A stretch of 59,753 nt of DNA, filler included, from 3 parts of 3 records of this genome joined end to end with filler, not necessarily neighbours in it, one strand, 5' to 3'. Numbered from the whole stretch's first letter, positions 1 through 10,219 are shown. Notes: generated by a model from the sequence alone, not told the origin. Made by a program: numbers and translations.

Positions 1-1
1 A

Positions 2-988
2 GAAACCGGTGCTAAAATCGAAATCTTTTGTCTTGAACCCATTGAACCTGCCGATATAGCTGTTGCTTTTCAGGTAAAAAAGAAAACTATCTGGAAATGC
101 ATTGTTGGTAATTCGAAAAAATGGAAATCAGGAAGTTTATATCAAGACCTAAACATCAACGATGAAATTGTAAAAGTCAGCGTAAGCCGAAAACAAACAC
201 TAGAAGACGCACAGCATATCGTGTTTGAATGGGATAACGATTCTGTTGCCTTTGGTGATATTTTGGATGCGATGGGAAATACGCCAATCCCTCCTTACTT
301 AAATCGTCAGTCGGAAGAATTAGATACCACACGTTATCAAACAGTCTATTCTCAGCATAAAGGATCGGTGGCCGCTCCCACTGCCGGACTTCATTTTACG
401 GATAATATTTTAAAAGGAATTCAGGAGAATAATATTGAGTTAGGCAAAGTTACCTTACATGTTGGCGCAGGCACATTTAAACCCGTAAAAACAGAAAGTA
501 TTGGTGACCATGAAATGCATATCGAGCATTTTTTTGTGGATTTAAATACTCTTGATTTGCTCTTAAAGCACGAAGGCAATATTACCAGTACCGGTACTAC
601 TACAGTTCGAACACTGGAAAGCCTTTACTGGCTAGGGGTAAAACTTTTAGAAGGAAGCGATGAGTTATTTATTAACCAATGGGATGCTTATCAATTACCT
701 CAACATTATACTTTTAAAGAAGCCTTTCTAAAACTAAAAGAATTTCTAAAATCTCAAGATAAAAATACCCTGGAGAGTTATACCGGAATATTAATTGCAC
801 CTGGTTATGAGTTTAAAGTAGTTAACCAATTAATTACGAATTTCCACCAACCCAATAGTACTTTATTATTATTGATATCTGCATTTACAGGTGGCGATAA
901 ATGGAAAGAGATTTACAATTATGCCCTAGACAATGATTTTAGATTTTTAAGTTACGGAGATAGCTCATTGCTTTTTAGATCGAAATAA
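2..988 (+). CDS. queA: S-adenosylmethionine:tRNA ribosyltransferase-isomerase (5'-truncated by window edge)
   Basis: Frame open from position 2 (ETGAKIEIFCLEP...); motifs PIPPYL, YQTVY, GSVAAPTAGLHFT, TLHVGAGTFKPV, GTTTVRTLES, TNFHQP, RFLSYGD. Confidence 0.95.
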   Translation, partial: ETGAKIEIFCLEPIEPADIAVAFQVKKKTIWKCIVGNSKKWKSGSLYQDLNINDEIVKVSVSRKQTLEDAQHIVFEWDNDSVAFGDILDAMGNTPIPPYLNRQSEELDTTRYQTVYSQHKGSVAAPTAGLHFTDNILKGIQENNIELGKVTLHVGAGTFKPVKTESIGDHEMHIEHFFVDLNTLDLLLKHEGNITSTGTTTVRTLESLYWLGVKLLEGSDELFINQWDAYQLPQHYTFKEAFLKLKEFLKSQDKNTLESYTGILIAPGYEFKVVNQLITNFHQPNSTLLLLISAFTGGDKWKEIYNYALDNDFRFLSYGDSSLLFRSK

Positions 989-1077
989 TACCAAAGGAAA
1001 AGGGAGAAAGGAGAAAGAAAAATAGCCAAAAGTTTAGGCTAATGGCTATTCATATTCTTATATAATTTCTTGATGAA

Positions 1078-1287
1078 TTATTCCGCTTTTGCTTTCTGAA
1101 GTTCTTCGTGCAAAATTTCCTCTAAATCATCATAACACGAACCACAAATAGTGGCTGCATTCGTTTCGTCCTGAATATCCTCTACTGTTTTCAGGTTTTT
1201 CTCATGAATCGCTTTCACTAAGTCTTGTTTTCTTAACATCATGTGTTTGCATACAAAATCCCGGTCTCCAAATTTGCTCATAATCAC
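1078..1287 (-). CDS. BFD-like [2Fe-2S]-binding small protein (second Cys replaced by His)
   Basis: VCKH...I..AI......TVEDI...T.A...CGSC pattern of Fer2_BFD domains. Confidence 0.75.
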   Translation of the reverse strand: MIMSKFGDRDFVCKHMMLRKQDLVKAIHEKNLKTVEDIQDETNAATICGSCYDDLEEILHEELQKAKAE

Positions 1288-1561
1288 AATATTTTATCTG
1301 GTAATTAATAATTTTCCTATTTAAGTTTCGTTTAATTCCATTCTGGAATTTTAAAACATAACCATTAAACACTTCATTTGGTTCAATGCGTTAATACCTT
1401 CCGAATAAAAAGTTAAAGAAGAGTTAAAATATAGATTTTACAGTCGTTTGAGAATTATTATTAACATTTTTTAACAACCCCAAAACATAGCCGTCGTTTA
1501 TAAAACCTATTTTTGGATTCGACTAAAAAAATTAAAATTCATTAACAATAATATTAAAATC

Positions 1562-2557
1562 ATGGAGCAATCTGTTGATATACGCGAGTTAAACGAACGA
1601 ATTAAAAATGAGAGTTCATTTGTGGATTTATTAACCATTGAAATGAACAAGGTAATTGTAGGTCAGAAGCACCTTGTTGAAGGTCTTTTAATTGGCTTAT
1701 TGAGTGATGGACATATTCTTTTAGAGGGAGTTCCCGGACTGGCAAAAACATTAGCAATTAACACACTTGCTAACGTGGTAGATGCTAAATTTAGCCGTAT
1801 TCAGTTTACGCCTGATTTATTACCTGCCGACCTTTTGGGTACCATGATTTACAGTCAAAAGAACGAGGAATTCATCATTAAAAAGGGTCCTATTTTTACC
1901 AACTTTGTATTGGCAGATGAGATTAACCGTGCCCCAGCAAAAGTTCAGAGTGCTTTATTAGAAGCCATGCAGGAACGTCAGGTAACTATTGGAGATACAA
2001 CGCATAAATTAGAGGAACCATTTTTAGTAATGGCAACTCAAAACCCAATAGAGCAAGAAGGTACTTATCCTCTACCTGAAGCACAGGTTGACCGTTTTAT
2101 GTTAAAGCTGGTTATTGATTATCCTAAAAAAGAAGAAGAGCAAATGATTATTCGTCACAACCTGGCGCAATCATTCCCTAAGGCATCTACTATCTTAAAA
2201 CCAGATGATATTATCCGTGCACGAAAAGTGGTAAAAGATGTTTACATGGATGAAAAAATTGAAAAATACATTGTTGACATTGTATTTGCTACCAGATACC
2301 CTGCACAATATAAGTTGGATAAATACGAAGAAATGATTTCTTACGGATGTTCTCCTCGTGCATCTATCAGCTTATCAATGGCTGCCAAAGCATATGCATT
2401 TATTAAACGAAGAGGATATGTAATTCCGGAAGATGTACGTGCTGTTTGTCACGATGTATTACGCCACAGAATTGGTCTTTCGTACGAAGCTGATGCCAAT
2501 AATATTACTTCTGTTGATGTTATTAACGACATTTTAAATACAGTTGAGGTACCATAG
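1562..2557 (+). CDS. moxR: MoxR-family AAA+ ATPase of the bat cluster
   Basis: LLEGVPGLAKT Walker A, RIQFTPDLLPAD, LADEINRAPAKVQSALLEAM, ATQNPIEQEGTYPLPEAQ.DRF. Confidence 0.95.
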   Translation: MEQSVDIRELNERIKNESSFVDLLTIEMNKVIVGQKHLVEGLLIGLLSDGHILLEGVPGLAKTLAINTLANVVDAKFSRIQFTPDLLPADLLGTMIYSQKNEEFIIKKGPIFTNFVLADEINRAPAKVQSALLEAMQERQVTIGDTTHKLEEPFLVMATQNPIEQEGTYPLPEAQVDRFMLKLVIDYPKKEEEQMIIRHNLAQSFPKASTILKPDDIIRARKVVKDVYMDEKIEKYIVDIVFATRYPAQYKLDKYEEMISYGCSPRASISLSMAAKAYAFIKRRGYVIPEDVRAVCHDVLRHRIGLSYEADANNITSVDVINDILNTVEVP

Positions 2558-2633
2558 TCTGCATTTAACGCAAGCAATTAAAGTATACATTTTATAAGTG
2601 CATTGATTTGCATGTCATAAAACAAAACACACT

Positions 2634-3500
2634 ATGGAAACTACAGAGCTTTTAAAACGGGTTAGGCAGATTGAGATAAAATCAAGAGGGCTCTCGAACA
2701 ACATATTTGCAGGTGAATACCACTCGGCTTTTAAAGGTAGAGGTATGACCTTTAGCGAAGTGCGTGAGTACCAATATGGAGATGATATCAGGAACATTGA
2801 CTGGAATGTTACTGCACGTTTTAATCACCCTTATGTAAAGGTGTTTGAAGAGGAACGTGAGTTAACAGTGATGTTATTGATTGATGTTTCCGGTTCTCGT
2901 GAATTTGGTACATCCTTTAAATACAAGAAAAACGTAATTACTGAAATAGCAGCTGTATTGGCTTTTTCTGCCATTCAGAATAACGATAAGATTGGCGTTA
3001 TCTTTTTTTCGGATAAGATTGAAAAGTTTATTTCTCCGCAAAAAGGAAGAAAGCATATTCTGCATATTATTCGCCAGTTGATTTCGTTTACACCGGAAAA
3101 CAGAACAACCAATATAGGAGAAGCTTTACGTTATCTGACCAATGCGATTAAAAAAAGATGTACAGCTTTCGTTATCTCCGATTTCATGGATGAAGACTTT
3201 GAAAACCCCTTGAAAATTGCCAATCAAAAGCACGATGTGGTTGCACTAAAGGTTTTCGATGAAAGAGAAACTGAAATGCCTTCTATTGGATTAGTCAAGA
3301 TGAAAGATGCTGAAACAGGAAACTACTCCTGGATTGACACATCAAATTCCAAAGTTCGTGATGCATTTAAAAAATATTGGTTAGATACAGATGAAAATAC
3401 AAAAGCTGTTTTCAGAAAGTGCGGAATTGATCATACCTCAATACGAACGGATGAAGATTACGTAAAATCGCTGATGTATTTATTTCAAAAACGAATGTAA
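2634..3500 (+). CDS. DUF58 (vWA-like) protein
   Basis: GEYHSAFKGRG..FSEVREYQ.GDDIR.IDWNVTAR, D.SGS MIDAS-like motif, ISDF; canonical position after moxR. Confidence 0.92.
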   Translation: METTELLKRVRQIEIKSRGLSNNIFAGEYHSAFKGRGMTFSEVREYQYGDDIRNIDWNVTARFNHPYVKVFEEERELTVMLLIDVSGSREFGTSFKYKKNVITEIAAVLAFSAIQNNDKIGVIFFSDKIEKFISPQKGRKHILHIIRQLISFTPENRTTNIGEALRYLTNAIKKRCTAFVISDFMDEDFENPLKIANQKHDVVALKVFDERETEMPSIGLVKMKDAETGNYSWIDTSNSKVRDAFKKYWLDTDENTKAVFRKCGIDHTSIRTDEDYVKSLMYLFQKRM

Positions 3501-4540
3501 TGAGAGGATTAACATATTTACAACATACAAAAATGTTCATTCTTAGCTTAGTTGTGTTGCTCTCTCTGGGAAGCACAGGTTTATTTGCTCAGCAGGTAAA
3601 TGTATCGGCTACCATGGATTCTACTATGATTTTAATTGGTGGTCAGATTGACCTTAAGCTTGAAGTCAGTCAGCCAGCAGGTTTGAATATTCAATTCCCG
3701 GAATTAAACGACACCATTACAAAAAACATTGAAATAGTTGAAAAGGGAGGAATTGACAGTGTTAAGTTGGAGAATGATCGCCTGGTATTAACGCAACTTT
3801 TCAGAATTACTTCATTTGATAGTGGCTTACATTATATTCCACCAATTGAATTTGAAGTTATTCAGGAAGATGTAAAAAACATTGCAAAATCCAATGCTTT
3901 AAGCCTGATGGTGGTCAATCCGTTTAAGGAAGTTGATCCTGAAAAAGGTTTAACGGATATCAAAGGGGTGCAAGATGCGCCATTTAAATTGGCTGAAATT
4001 TTAGACTTTATTTATCTGTACGGCGGAATTGTTTTAGTGATTGGTTTATTGATTTGGTTATACCTGTATTACAGAAAGAACAAAACTGAGGGTGGTATTT
4101 CGTTTGTAAAAACCAAGCCTAAAGAGCCTGCACATGTGATCGCCTTAAGAGAGCTTGATAAGATAAAAGCCGCCAAATTATGGGAACAAAATAAGGTAAA
4201 ACAGTTTTACACCGAAGTATCCAATACCATCAGAACTTATATCGAAGAAAGATATGCTGTTCCTGCATTGGAGCAGACTTCTGTTGAAATCCTGGATTCT
4301 TTACAATCAAGTGAGGTTGATAAAAAATCGAAAGATCAATTAACTCAAGTACTTGAATTATCTGACCTGGTTAAGTTTGCCAAGTTTGAACCACTTCCCG
4401 ACGAAAATGGATTAACCTTAATGAATGCTTACTTCTTTGTGAATCAAACAAAAGTAGAAGAAATCAAAACGCTGGATGAAGTAAAAGAAGATATGCTTTC
4501 AGAAGAGAAGTCTACGGAAGAAGTAAACAAGGATCAATAA
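3500..4540 (+). CDS. bat-cluster membrane protein (signal peptide, BatD-like N-domain, one TM, C-terminal DLVKFAK motif)
   Basis: Signal peptide, ITSFDSG..IPP, TM segment, Y.E.R..., DLVKFAK; TAATG coupling with DUF58. Confidence 0.8.
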   Translation: MRGLTYLQHTKMFILSLVVLLSLGSTGLFAQQVNVSATMDSTMILIGGQIDLKLEVSQPAGLNIQFPELNDTITKNIEIVEKGGIDSVKLENDRLVLTQLFRITSFDSGLHYIPPIEFEVIQEDVKNIAKSNALSLMVVNPFKEVDPEKGLTDIKGVQDAPFKLAEILDFIYLYGGIVLVIGLLIWLYLYYRKNKTEGGISFVKTKPKEPAHVIALRELDKIKAAKLWEQNKVKQFYTEVSNTIRTYIEERYAVPALEQTSVEILDSLQSSEVDKKSKDQLTQVLELSDLVKFAKFEPLPDENGLTLMNAYFFVNQTKVEEIKTLDEVKEDMLSEEKSTEEVNKDQ

Positions 4541-4553
4541 ACATTCAAAAACG

Positions 4554-5552
4554 ATGATGAACAATATAACTTTCTTACATCCAAATTTATTTTATCTGCT
4601 GCTGCTGATTTTACCGGTAGCAGGCTGGTACATTTGGAAGCATAAAAGTGCCCAGGCATCTTTACAAATATCGTCTTTAAAAGGCTTTAAGGATGCACCT
4701 GTTTCATGGAAAGTGTACCTGCGCCATATGCCTATTGTTTTAAGATGTCTGGCCATAGCCATGCTCGTAGTAGTACTGGCTCGACCACAATCTACCAATA
4801 GCTCAAGAAACGTAATAACTGAAGGTATTGACATTGTGATGACATTAGATATTTCTTCCAGTATGAATGCACTGGATTTTAAACCGAACAGACTTGAAGC
4901 TGCTAAAGAAGTGGCCACTCAATTTATTTCGGCACGAGAAAACGACAAAATTGGTTTGGTAATCTTTTCTGGTCAAAGTTTTACGCAATGTCCTTTAACA
5001 ACCGACGGAGCCACTCTTATAAACCTGTTAGCCGATGTAAAAACGGGTATGATGGAAGAAGATGGTACTGCAATAGGTTTAGGATTAGCAACAGCTGTTA
5101 ACCGAATTAAAGATAGTAAAGCCAAATCAAAGGTGATTATTCTTTTAACGGATGGTGTTAACAACCAGGGAGAAGTAGCTCCTTTAACAGCAGCAGAAAT
5201 AGCGAAAACATTTGGCGTTCGCGTTTATACTATTGGTGTGGGAACAAAGGGTATAGCTCAAATTCCGCTTCAAACGCCATATGGAACCCGTATGGTTGAT
5301 CAGGAAGTTAAAATTGATGAAGAAATGATGAAGGAGATTTCCAGCATTACAGGTGGACAATATTTTAGAGCTACGGATAAGAATAGCTTAAAACGAGTTT
5401 ACGAAGAAATTGATCAACTGGAAAAAACTAAAATAGAGGTTAAAGAATACACTAAAAGATCAGATGAGTACTTGTTATGGGCTGTTTTAGCAGCAATATT
5501 TATGATTCTTGAAGTTTTTCTGAAGAGTACTGTTTTAAGAAATCTACCTTAA
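4554..5552 (+). CDS. batA: BatA, vWA-domain membrane protein
   Basis: N-terminal BatA TM region, LARPQ, DISSSM MIDAS, TQCPLT, DGTAIGLGLA, LLTDG.NN. Confidence 0.93.
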   Translation: MMNNITFLHPNLFYLLLLILPVAGWYIWKHKSAQASLQISSLKGFKDAPVSWKVYLRHMPIVLRCLAIAMLVVVLARPQSTNSSRNVITEGIDIVMTLDISSSMNALDFKPNRLEAAKEVATQFISARENDKIGLVIFSGQSFTQCPLTTDGATLINLLADVKTGMMEEDGTAIGLGLATAVNRIKDSKAKSKVIILLTDGVNNQGEVAPLTAAEIAKTFGVRVYTIGVGTKGIAQIPLQTPYGTRMVDQEVKIDEEMMKEISSITGGQYFRATDKNSLKRVYEEIDQLEKTKIEVKEYTKRSDEYLLWAVLAAIFMILEVFLKSTVLRNLP

Positions 5553-5564
5553 AAATTAGAAGAC

Positions 5565-6611
5565 ATGTTTAAATTCGAACATCCAGAATATTTATACTTT
5601 CTTATTATTATCCCGCTTTTTGCTTTTGTTAGCCTTATTATTAGCCGAAGAAAGAAAAAAGCCTTGGAAAGTTTCGGTAATCCAGATCTTCTGGAACCTT
5701 TAATGCCGGGAGCATCCTCTACCCGACCTGTGGTAAAATTTTACATTATGCTACTGGCCTTAACTGCTATTATTTTTGCCATAGCCGGCCCTCAGTTTGG
5801 CACAAAACTTCAAACTGTTAAACGCAAAGGAATTGAAATAATAATAGCGCTTGATGTTTCCAATAGTATGAATGCTCAGGATATTAAACCAAGCCGATTA
5901 GACAGGGCCAAAAGAGCGATATATCAATTAGTAGATAAACTGCAAAATGATAAAGTTGGATTAACGGTGTTTGCAGGTCAGGCTTATACACAATTGCCAA
6001 TTACATCTGATTATCCATCGGCTAAAATGTTTATTAATACCATAAACACTAATATCATTAATACACAAGGTACAGCTATTGGTACGGCTATCAACCGATG
6101 TGTTAATTCTTTTAGTGCACAGGAAGATATTAATCGTGCTATTATTGTCATCACCGATGGTGAAAACCACGAAGATGATGCCATTGGCGCAGCAAAAGCA
6201 GCTGCTGAAAAAGGCATTAAAGTCTATACTGTTGGAATGGGTTTACCCAAAGGAGCTCCAATTCCAATACCCGGCAGTACCCAAAATAATTTTATGAAAG
6301 ACCGCGAAGGCAATGTAGTTATTTCTAAACTTAACGAAGCCATGTTGGCAGAAATTGCAGCAGCTGGAGAAGGCGAATTTATTGCAGCCAATAACATCAG
6401 AAAAGGAATGAATGATTTGGTAGATCACCTTTCTCAACTGGAAAAAAGTGAAATGGATGCCAAAGTCTATACTGATTATGAAAATCAGTTTCAATACATT
6501 GCTTTAATAGCGCTGTTTTTACTTTTAGTAGACTTTGTTATTCTGGAAAGAAAAAATAAATACCTAAGTAAGATTAACTTATTTGAAGAGAAAAAGGAGG
6601 AAGAAAAATGA
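5565..6611 (+). CDS. batB: BatB, vWA-domain membrane protein
   Basis: AGPQFG, DVSNSM MIDAS, FAGQAY..LPIT.D, ITDGENHE; follows batA. Confidence 0.92.
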   Translation: MFKFEHPEYLYFLIIIPLFAFVSLIISRRKKKALESFGNPDLLEPLMPGASSTRPVVKFYIMLLALTAIIFAIAGPQFGTKLQTVKRKGIEIIIALDVSNSMNAQDIKPSRLDRAKRAIYQLVDKLQNDKVGLTVFAGQAYTQLPITSDYPSAKMFINTINTNIINTQGTAIGTAINRCVNSFSAQEDINRAIIVITDGENHEDDAIGAAKAAAEKGIKVYTVGMGLPKGAPIPIPGSTQNNFMKDREGNVVISKLNEAMLAEIAAAGEGEFIAANNIRKGMNDLVDHLSQLEKSEMDAKVYTDYENQFQYIALIALFLLLVDFVILERKNKYLSKINLFEEKKEEEK

Positions 6612-7549
6612 GAATACTAACATTAATTACATTGTGTTTTATCACTTTCTCTGCATGGTCTCAAAAAGAAAGAAAACACATTCGTGAAGGAAATTCACAG
6701 TTTAATGAAGGAAAATTCATTGAATCAGAAATTGAATACAAAAAAGCTCTGGATAAATTAAAGGAAGGGCAAAACTCTTTTCAAGCTGAATTTAATTTGG
6801 GAGATGCATACTTTAAACAAGAGAAATATGAAGATGCATTAAACCAATTTAAAAGCATTAATCAGGAAGATCTGACGAAGGAGCAAAAGGCCATGATTAT
6901 GCATAATGTGGGTAATACTTACATGGCTAAACAAGAACTTGACAAAGCTATTGCATCGTATAAAGAAGCGTTAAAAAACAATCCTGCTGATGATGCAACA
7001 AGGTATAACCTGATTGCTGCCATGAAAATGAAACAGCAACAGGAAGATCAGAAACAAGATCAAAACCAGGATCAGAATAAAGATCAGGACCAACAGGATA
7101 AAAATCAGGATCAAGATCAAAATAAAGACCAGAATCAGGATCAACAGAACCAACAAAATCAGGATTCTGATGGAGATGGTATTCCTGATAAGAAGGAAAA
7201 AGAAGATCAAAATGGTCAGCAGAACGAACAACAGGATACTGACAAGGATGGTACACCGGATTATAAAGACCAGGATTCTGACAATGATGGTATACCGGAT
7301 AAACAAGAGGCCGGAGAAAATCCAAAGGAACCTAAAGATTCTGATGGAGATGGTATCCCTGATTATCGCGATACTGATTCGAACAATGATGGAACACCTG
7401 ATAGTCCGGAGCAACAACAACAGCAAAATCAAATGTCAAAACAAGACGCTCAACGTATTTTAAATGCACTTGATCAGGATGAGCAGGAGTTGCAGGAAAA
7501 AATGAAAAAAGCAAAAGGAACCCCTGCCAGAGTTGAGAAAAACTGGTAG
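6608..7549 (+). CDS. batC: BatC TPR protein with Q/D/N-rich linker and DxDxDG repeats
   Basis: Signal peptide, TPRs (FNLGDAYFKQ, HNVGNTYM, AL..NP.D...RYNL), C-terminal A.RILNAL...E...KNW; ATGA overlap with batB. Confidence 0.9.
   Translation: MRILTLITLCFITFSAWSQKERKHIREGNSQFNEGKFIESEIEYKKALDKLKEGQNSFQAEFNLGDAYFKQEKYEDALNQFKSINQEDLTKEQKAMIMHNVGNTYMAKQELDKAIASYKEALKNNPADDATRYNLIAAMKMKQQQEDQKQDQNQDQNKDQDQQDKNQDQDQNKDQNQDQQNQQNQDSDGDGIPDKKEKEDQNGQQNEQQDTDKDGTPDYKDQDSDNDGIPDKQEAGENPKEPKDSDGDGIPDYRDTDSNNDGTPDSPEQQQQQNQMSKQDAQRILNALDQDEQELQEKMKKAKGTPARVEKNW
7033..7430 (+). repeat. Coding low-complexity region: imperfect (CAG/CAA)-(GAT/GAC/AAT) repeats plus five DxDxDG.PD motifs in batC
   Basis: QDQNQDQNKDQ... 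tract; GATTCTGATGGAGATGGTATyCCTGAT occurs at 7163 and 7337. Confidence 0.85.
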
Positions 7550-7580
7550 TTCTATTTTTTATTGAAATAGAATATTGTTC

Positions 7581-7588
7581 TATTTTTG
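7581..7588 (+). promoter_or_regulatory. Candidate internal Bacteroidota -7 promoter element upstream of batD
   Basis: TATTTTTG matches TAnnTTTG, 32 nt before the batD ATG. Confidence 0.5.
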
Positions 7589-7620
7589 CGTTTAAGAATC
7601 AAAATTGAAAACAAAACAAA

Positions 7621-9441
7621 ATGAGATATCTACTATTTGTTGCATTACTGTTTATAAGTTTCACTAAACTGAGTGCGCAAGATGTTCAGTTTACAGCTCA
7701 AGCCCGGCAAGCCGTTTTGCAAGGTGAAAAGTTTCAGCTCATTTATACGGTTAATCAAGAAGGAGAAGACTTCAGATTACCGCCTATGAATGACTTTACG
7801 GTATTGATGGGACCTAGTGTGATGCAAAGTTCAAGCACACAAATTATTAATGGTAAAGTAAGCCGCACTAAAGAGTTTACCTATACTTATATTTTAAAAG
7901 GCGACAAACCTGGAAAGTATAAAATTAGTCCTGCTCAAATTACGGTTGACGGTAAAAAAATAAATAGTAATGCTGTTTCTATTGAGGTGGTGAAAAATCA
8001 AGGAGGAAGTACAAACCAGCAATCTACGCAGCAAAACAACACCGCAGGTTTTTCTGATGATGATTTATTTATTAGAGTTTTCAATAATAAAAAAAGCATT
8101 TACCTGGGAGAACCACTTGTGCTGACTACTAAAATATACACACGCGTTGATTTAGATAATGTCTCTGATATCAAATACCCTGATTTTAGAAATTTCATCG
8201 TTCAGGATTTAGAAAATGGCAGCAATATCTCATGGACATATGAGTTCATAAATAACAAACGCTATAATGTTGGTACTTTCAAACAAAAAGTATTGTACGC
8301 TCAAAAAATAGGCACACAAACCATCGAAGCTACCGAAATTGAATTTCTGGTTAAGCAACGTATTAGAAGAAGGTCACAAAGCATATTCGATGATTTTTTC
8401 GACAATAACTATCGCGTCGTTAAAAAAAGAGTTAAATCTAAACCTATTAAAATAAATGTGAAACCTTACCCTACTACTCCACCAGTTTCTTTCTCCGGAG
8501 GTGTAGGTCAACTAAACATGAAAGTTGATGTATCAGAAACGAAGGTTAAAGTCAATGATGGTGTTACCATTAAGGTAGTTATTTCGGGTACAGGTAACCA
8601 TAAATTAATTTCTGCACCGGAATTTAATTTCCCAACTGACTTTGATATATTTGATCCTACGCCGAAAAATAATTTTGAGACGACAGCAGCTGGAATGAGA
8701 GGCTCAAAGACTTTGGAATATTTAGTAATACCAAGGTATGCCGGAAATTTCACCATCGATCCACTTACTTTTACATACTTTGATTATAAAGAGGGTTCTT
8801 TTAAAACGATCACTTCTCAACCTATTACAATTGAAGTAGAAAAGTATGATAAAACGGATGAGTATACCGGAGGAACTTATAGTCCTGCCAGTGTAAATCG
8901 TGAGGATGTAAAGTTCGTTGGAAAAGACATTCGATTTATTAAAACGGGTAAAACCAATTTGAAACCAGTAGGAACATTCTTCTTTGGTTCTGTCATGTTT
9001 TATCTTGGATATATCTTGCCTTTATTATTGTTAGGCATCGCATTTATCCTATATAAGAAGCGTATTCATGAAAATGCAAATATTCATTTGGTAAAGAATA
9101 AGAAAGCAAATAAAATGGCTCAAAAACGCCTTAAAAAATCAGCTTCATTCTTAAAATCAAATGATCATGAAGCGTTTTACGAAGAGGTATTAAAAGCACT
9201 TTACACCTACATCAGCGACAAGTTATTTTTACCTGTAAGCGAACTGAATAAAGATAAAGTATCTTCTTTGATGGATGAAAAAGGAGCAAGTGCTGAAGAT
9301 AAAAATGAATTGCTTACCATTCTTGACACTTGTGAGTTTGCCAGGTTTTCACCTAACTCAGGCGCTACCGAAGAAATGGATAAACTATACAAAAGAGCTA
9401 TCGATAACATCAGTAAATTAGATAGTCAAATTAAAAAATAG
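7621..9441 (+). CDS. batD: BatD family protein
   Basis: Signal peptide, GPS...SS.QIING, repeated Ig-like BatD domains, G.GN, C-terminal TM and CEFARF; position in bat cluster. Confidence 0.9.
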   Translation: MRYLLFVALLFISFTKLSAQDVQFTAQARQAVLQGEKFQLIYTVNQEGEDFRLPPMNDFTVLMGPSVMQSSSTQIINGKVSRTKEFTYTYILKGDKPGKYKISPAQITVDGKKINSNAVSIEVVKNQGGSTNQQSTQQNNTAGFSDDDLFIRVFNNKKSIYLGEPLVLTTKIYTRVDLDNVSDIKYPDFRNFIVQDLENGSNISWTYEFINNKRYNVGTFKQKVLYAQKIGTQTIEATEIEFLVKQRIRRRSQSIFDDFFDNNYRVVKKRVKSKPIKINVKPYPTTPPVSFSGGVGQLNMKVDVSETKVKVNDGVTIKVVISGTGNHKLISAPEFNFPTDFDIFDPTPKNNFETTAAGMRGSKTLEYLVIPRYAGNFTIDPLTFTYFDYKEGSFKTITSQPITIEVEKYDKTDEYTGGTYSPASVNREDVKFVGKDIRFIKTGKTNLKPVGTFFFGSVMFYLGYILPLLLLGIAFILYKKRIHENANIHLVKNKKANKMAQKRLKKSASFLKSNDHEAFYEEVLKALYTYISDKLFLPVSELNKDKVSSLMDEKGASAEDKNELLTILDTCEFARFSPNSGATEEMDKLYKRAIDNISKLDSQIKK

Positions 9442-10200
9442 ATGATGATGAAAAAGCTTATTTATATATGTATTTTCTCCTTGATTTCATGGCTGCAGCT
9501 AAGTGCCGACGATAATCGCTATGAAAATGCAAATTCATTATATCAGGACGGAAAATTTACAGAAGCTGTAAATGCCTACAAAGAAATATTAAATACCGGT
9601 GTTGAAAGTGCTGGACTGTATTACAATTTAGGAAATGCCTATTATAAATCGGGCAAACTACCTGAAGCAATACTCTATTACGAAAGAGCATTATTACTTG
9701 CTCCTCAGGATAAAGACATCCAGTATAATCTGGAGATGGCAAATACGCAAATAACAGATAAACTGGAAAGCGTTGACACTTTTTTCCTGGCCAGTTGGGT
9801 AAAAGGTTTTAAAAACACGACACATTCCGATTCCTGGGCAATCATATCAATTATCACCTTTGCTATAGCCGTTTTGTGTTTTGGAATATTCTACTTCTCA
9901 GGAAGAAAAATACTTAAACAAGTTAACTTTGCTGTTGCTATTCTATTTATACTAATAGCCATATTTGCTTTTAATTTTTCTGCTTCACAAAAGGACAAAC
10001 TAAGCAATCGCTCTACAGCCATTATTTTTAGTCCTTCAGTTAGTATTAAAAGCTCACCTTCCGAAAGTGGAACGGATTTATTCATCTTACACGAAGGAAC
10101 CAAAGTAAATATCGTAGAACAAGTTGGAGAATGGAGTAGAGTTTCCATTAGCGATGGTAATGACGGCTGGGTAAAAACCAGTGTTTATGAAGTTATTTAG
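9442..10200 (+). CDS. batE: BatE, TPR + two TM + SH3b protein
   Basis: LYYNLGNAYYK..AILYYERAL TPR; C-terminal LHEGTKV...W......GWV SH3b. Confidence 0.92.
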   Translation: MMMKKLIYICIFSLISWLQLSADDNRYENANSLYQDGKFTEAVNAYKEILNTGVESAGLYYNLGNAYYKSGKLPEAILYYERALLLAPQDKDIQYNLEMANTQITDKLESVDTFFLASWVKGFKNTTHSDSWAIISIITFAIAVLCFGIFYFSGRKILKQVNFAVAILFILIAIFAFNFSASQKDKLSNRSTAIIFSPSVSIKSSPSESGTDLFILHEGTKVNIVEQVGEWSRVSISDGNDGWVKTSVYEVI

Positions 10201-10219
10201 CTTAGCAAGCATATAAAAT

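Noticed and set aside
7033..7430. Repeats resembling a CRISPR or tandem array
   Set aside because: In-frame, codon-degenerate coding repeats with no constant repeat/unique spacer structure and no cas genes
6948..7514. Several overlapping alternative-frame and antisense ORFs (e.g. 153-aa Ile/Leu-rich)
   Set aside because: Shadow ORFs produced by the stop-poor Q/D repeat region of batC
1562..10200. MoxR-DUF58-bat cluster as a new system
   Set aside because: Already described Bacteroides aerotolerance (bat) operon; only the BatC insertion is unusual
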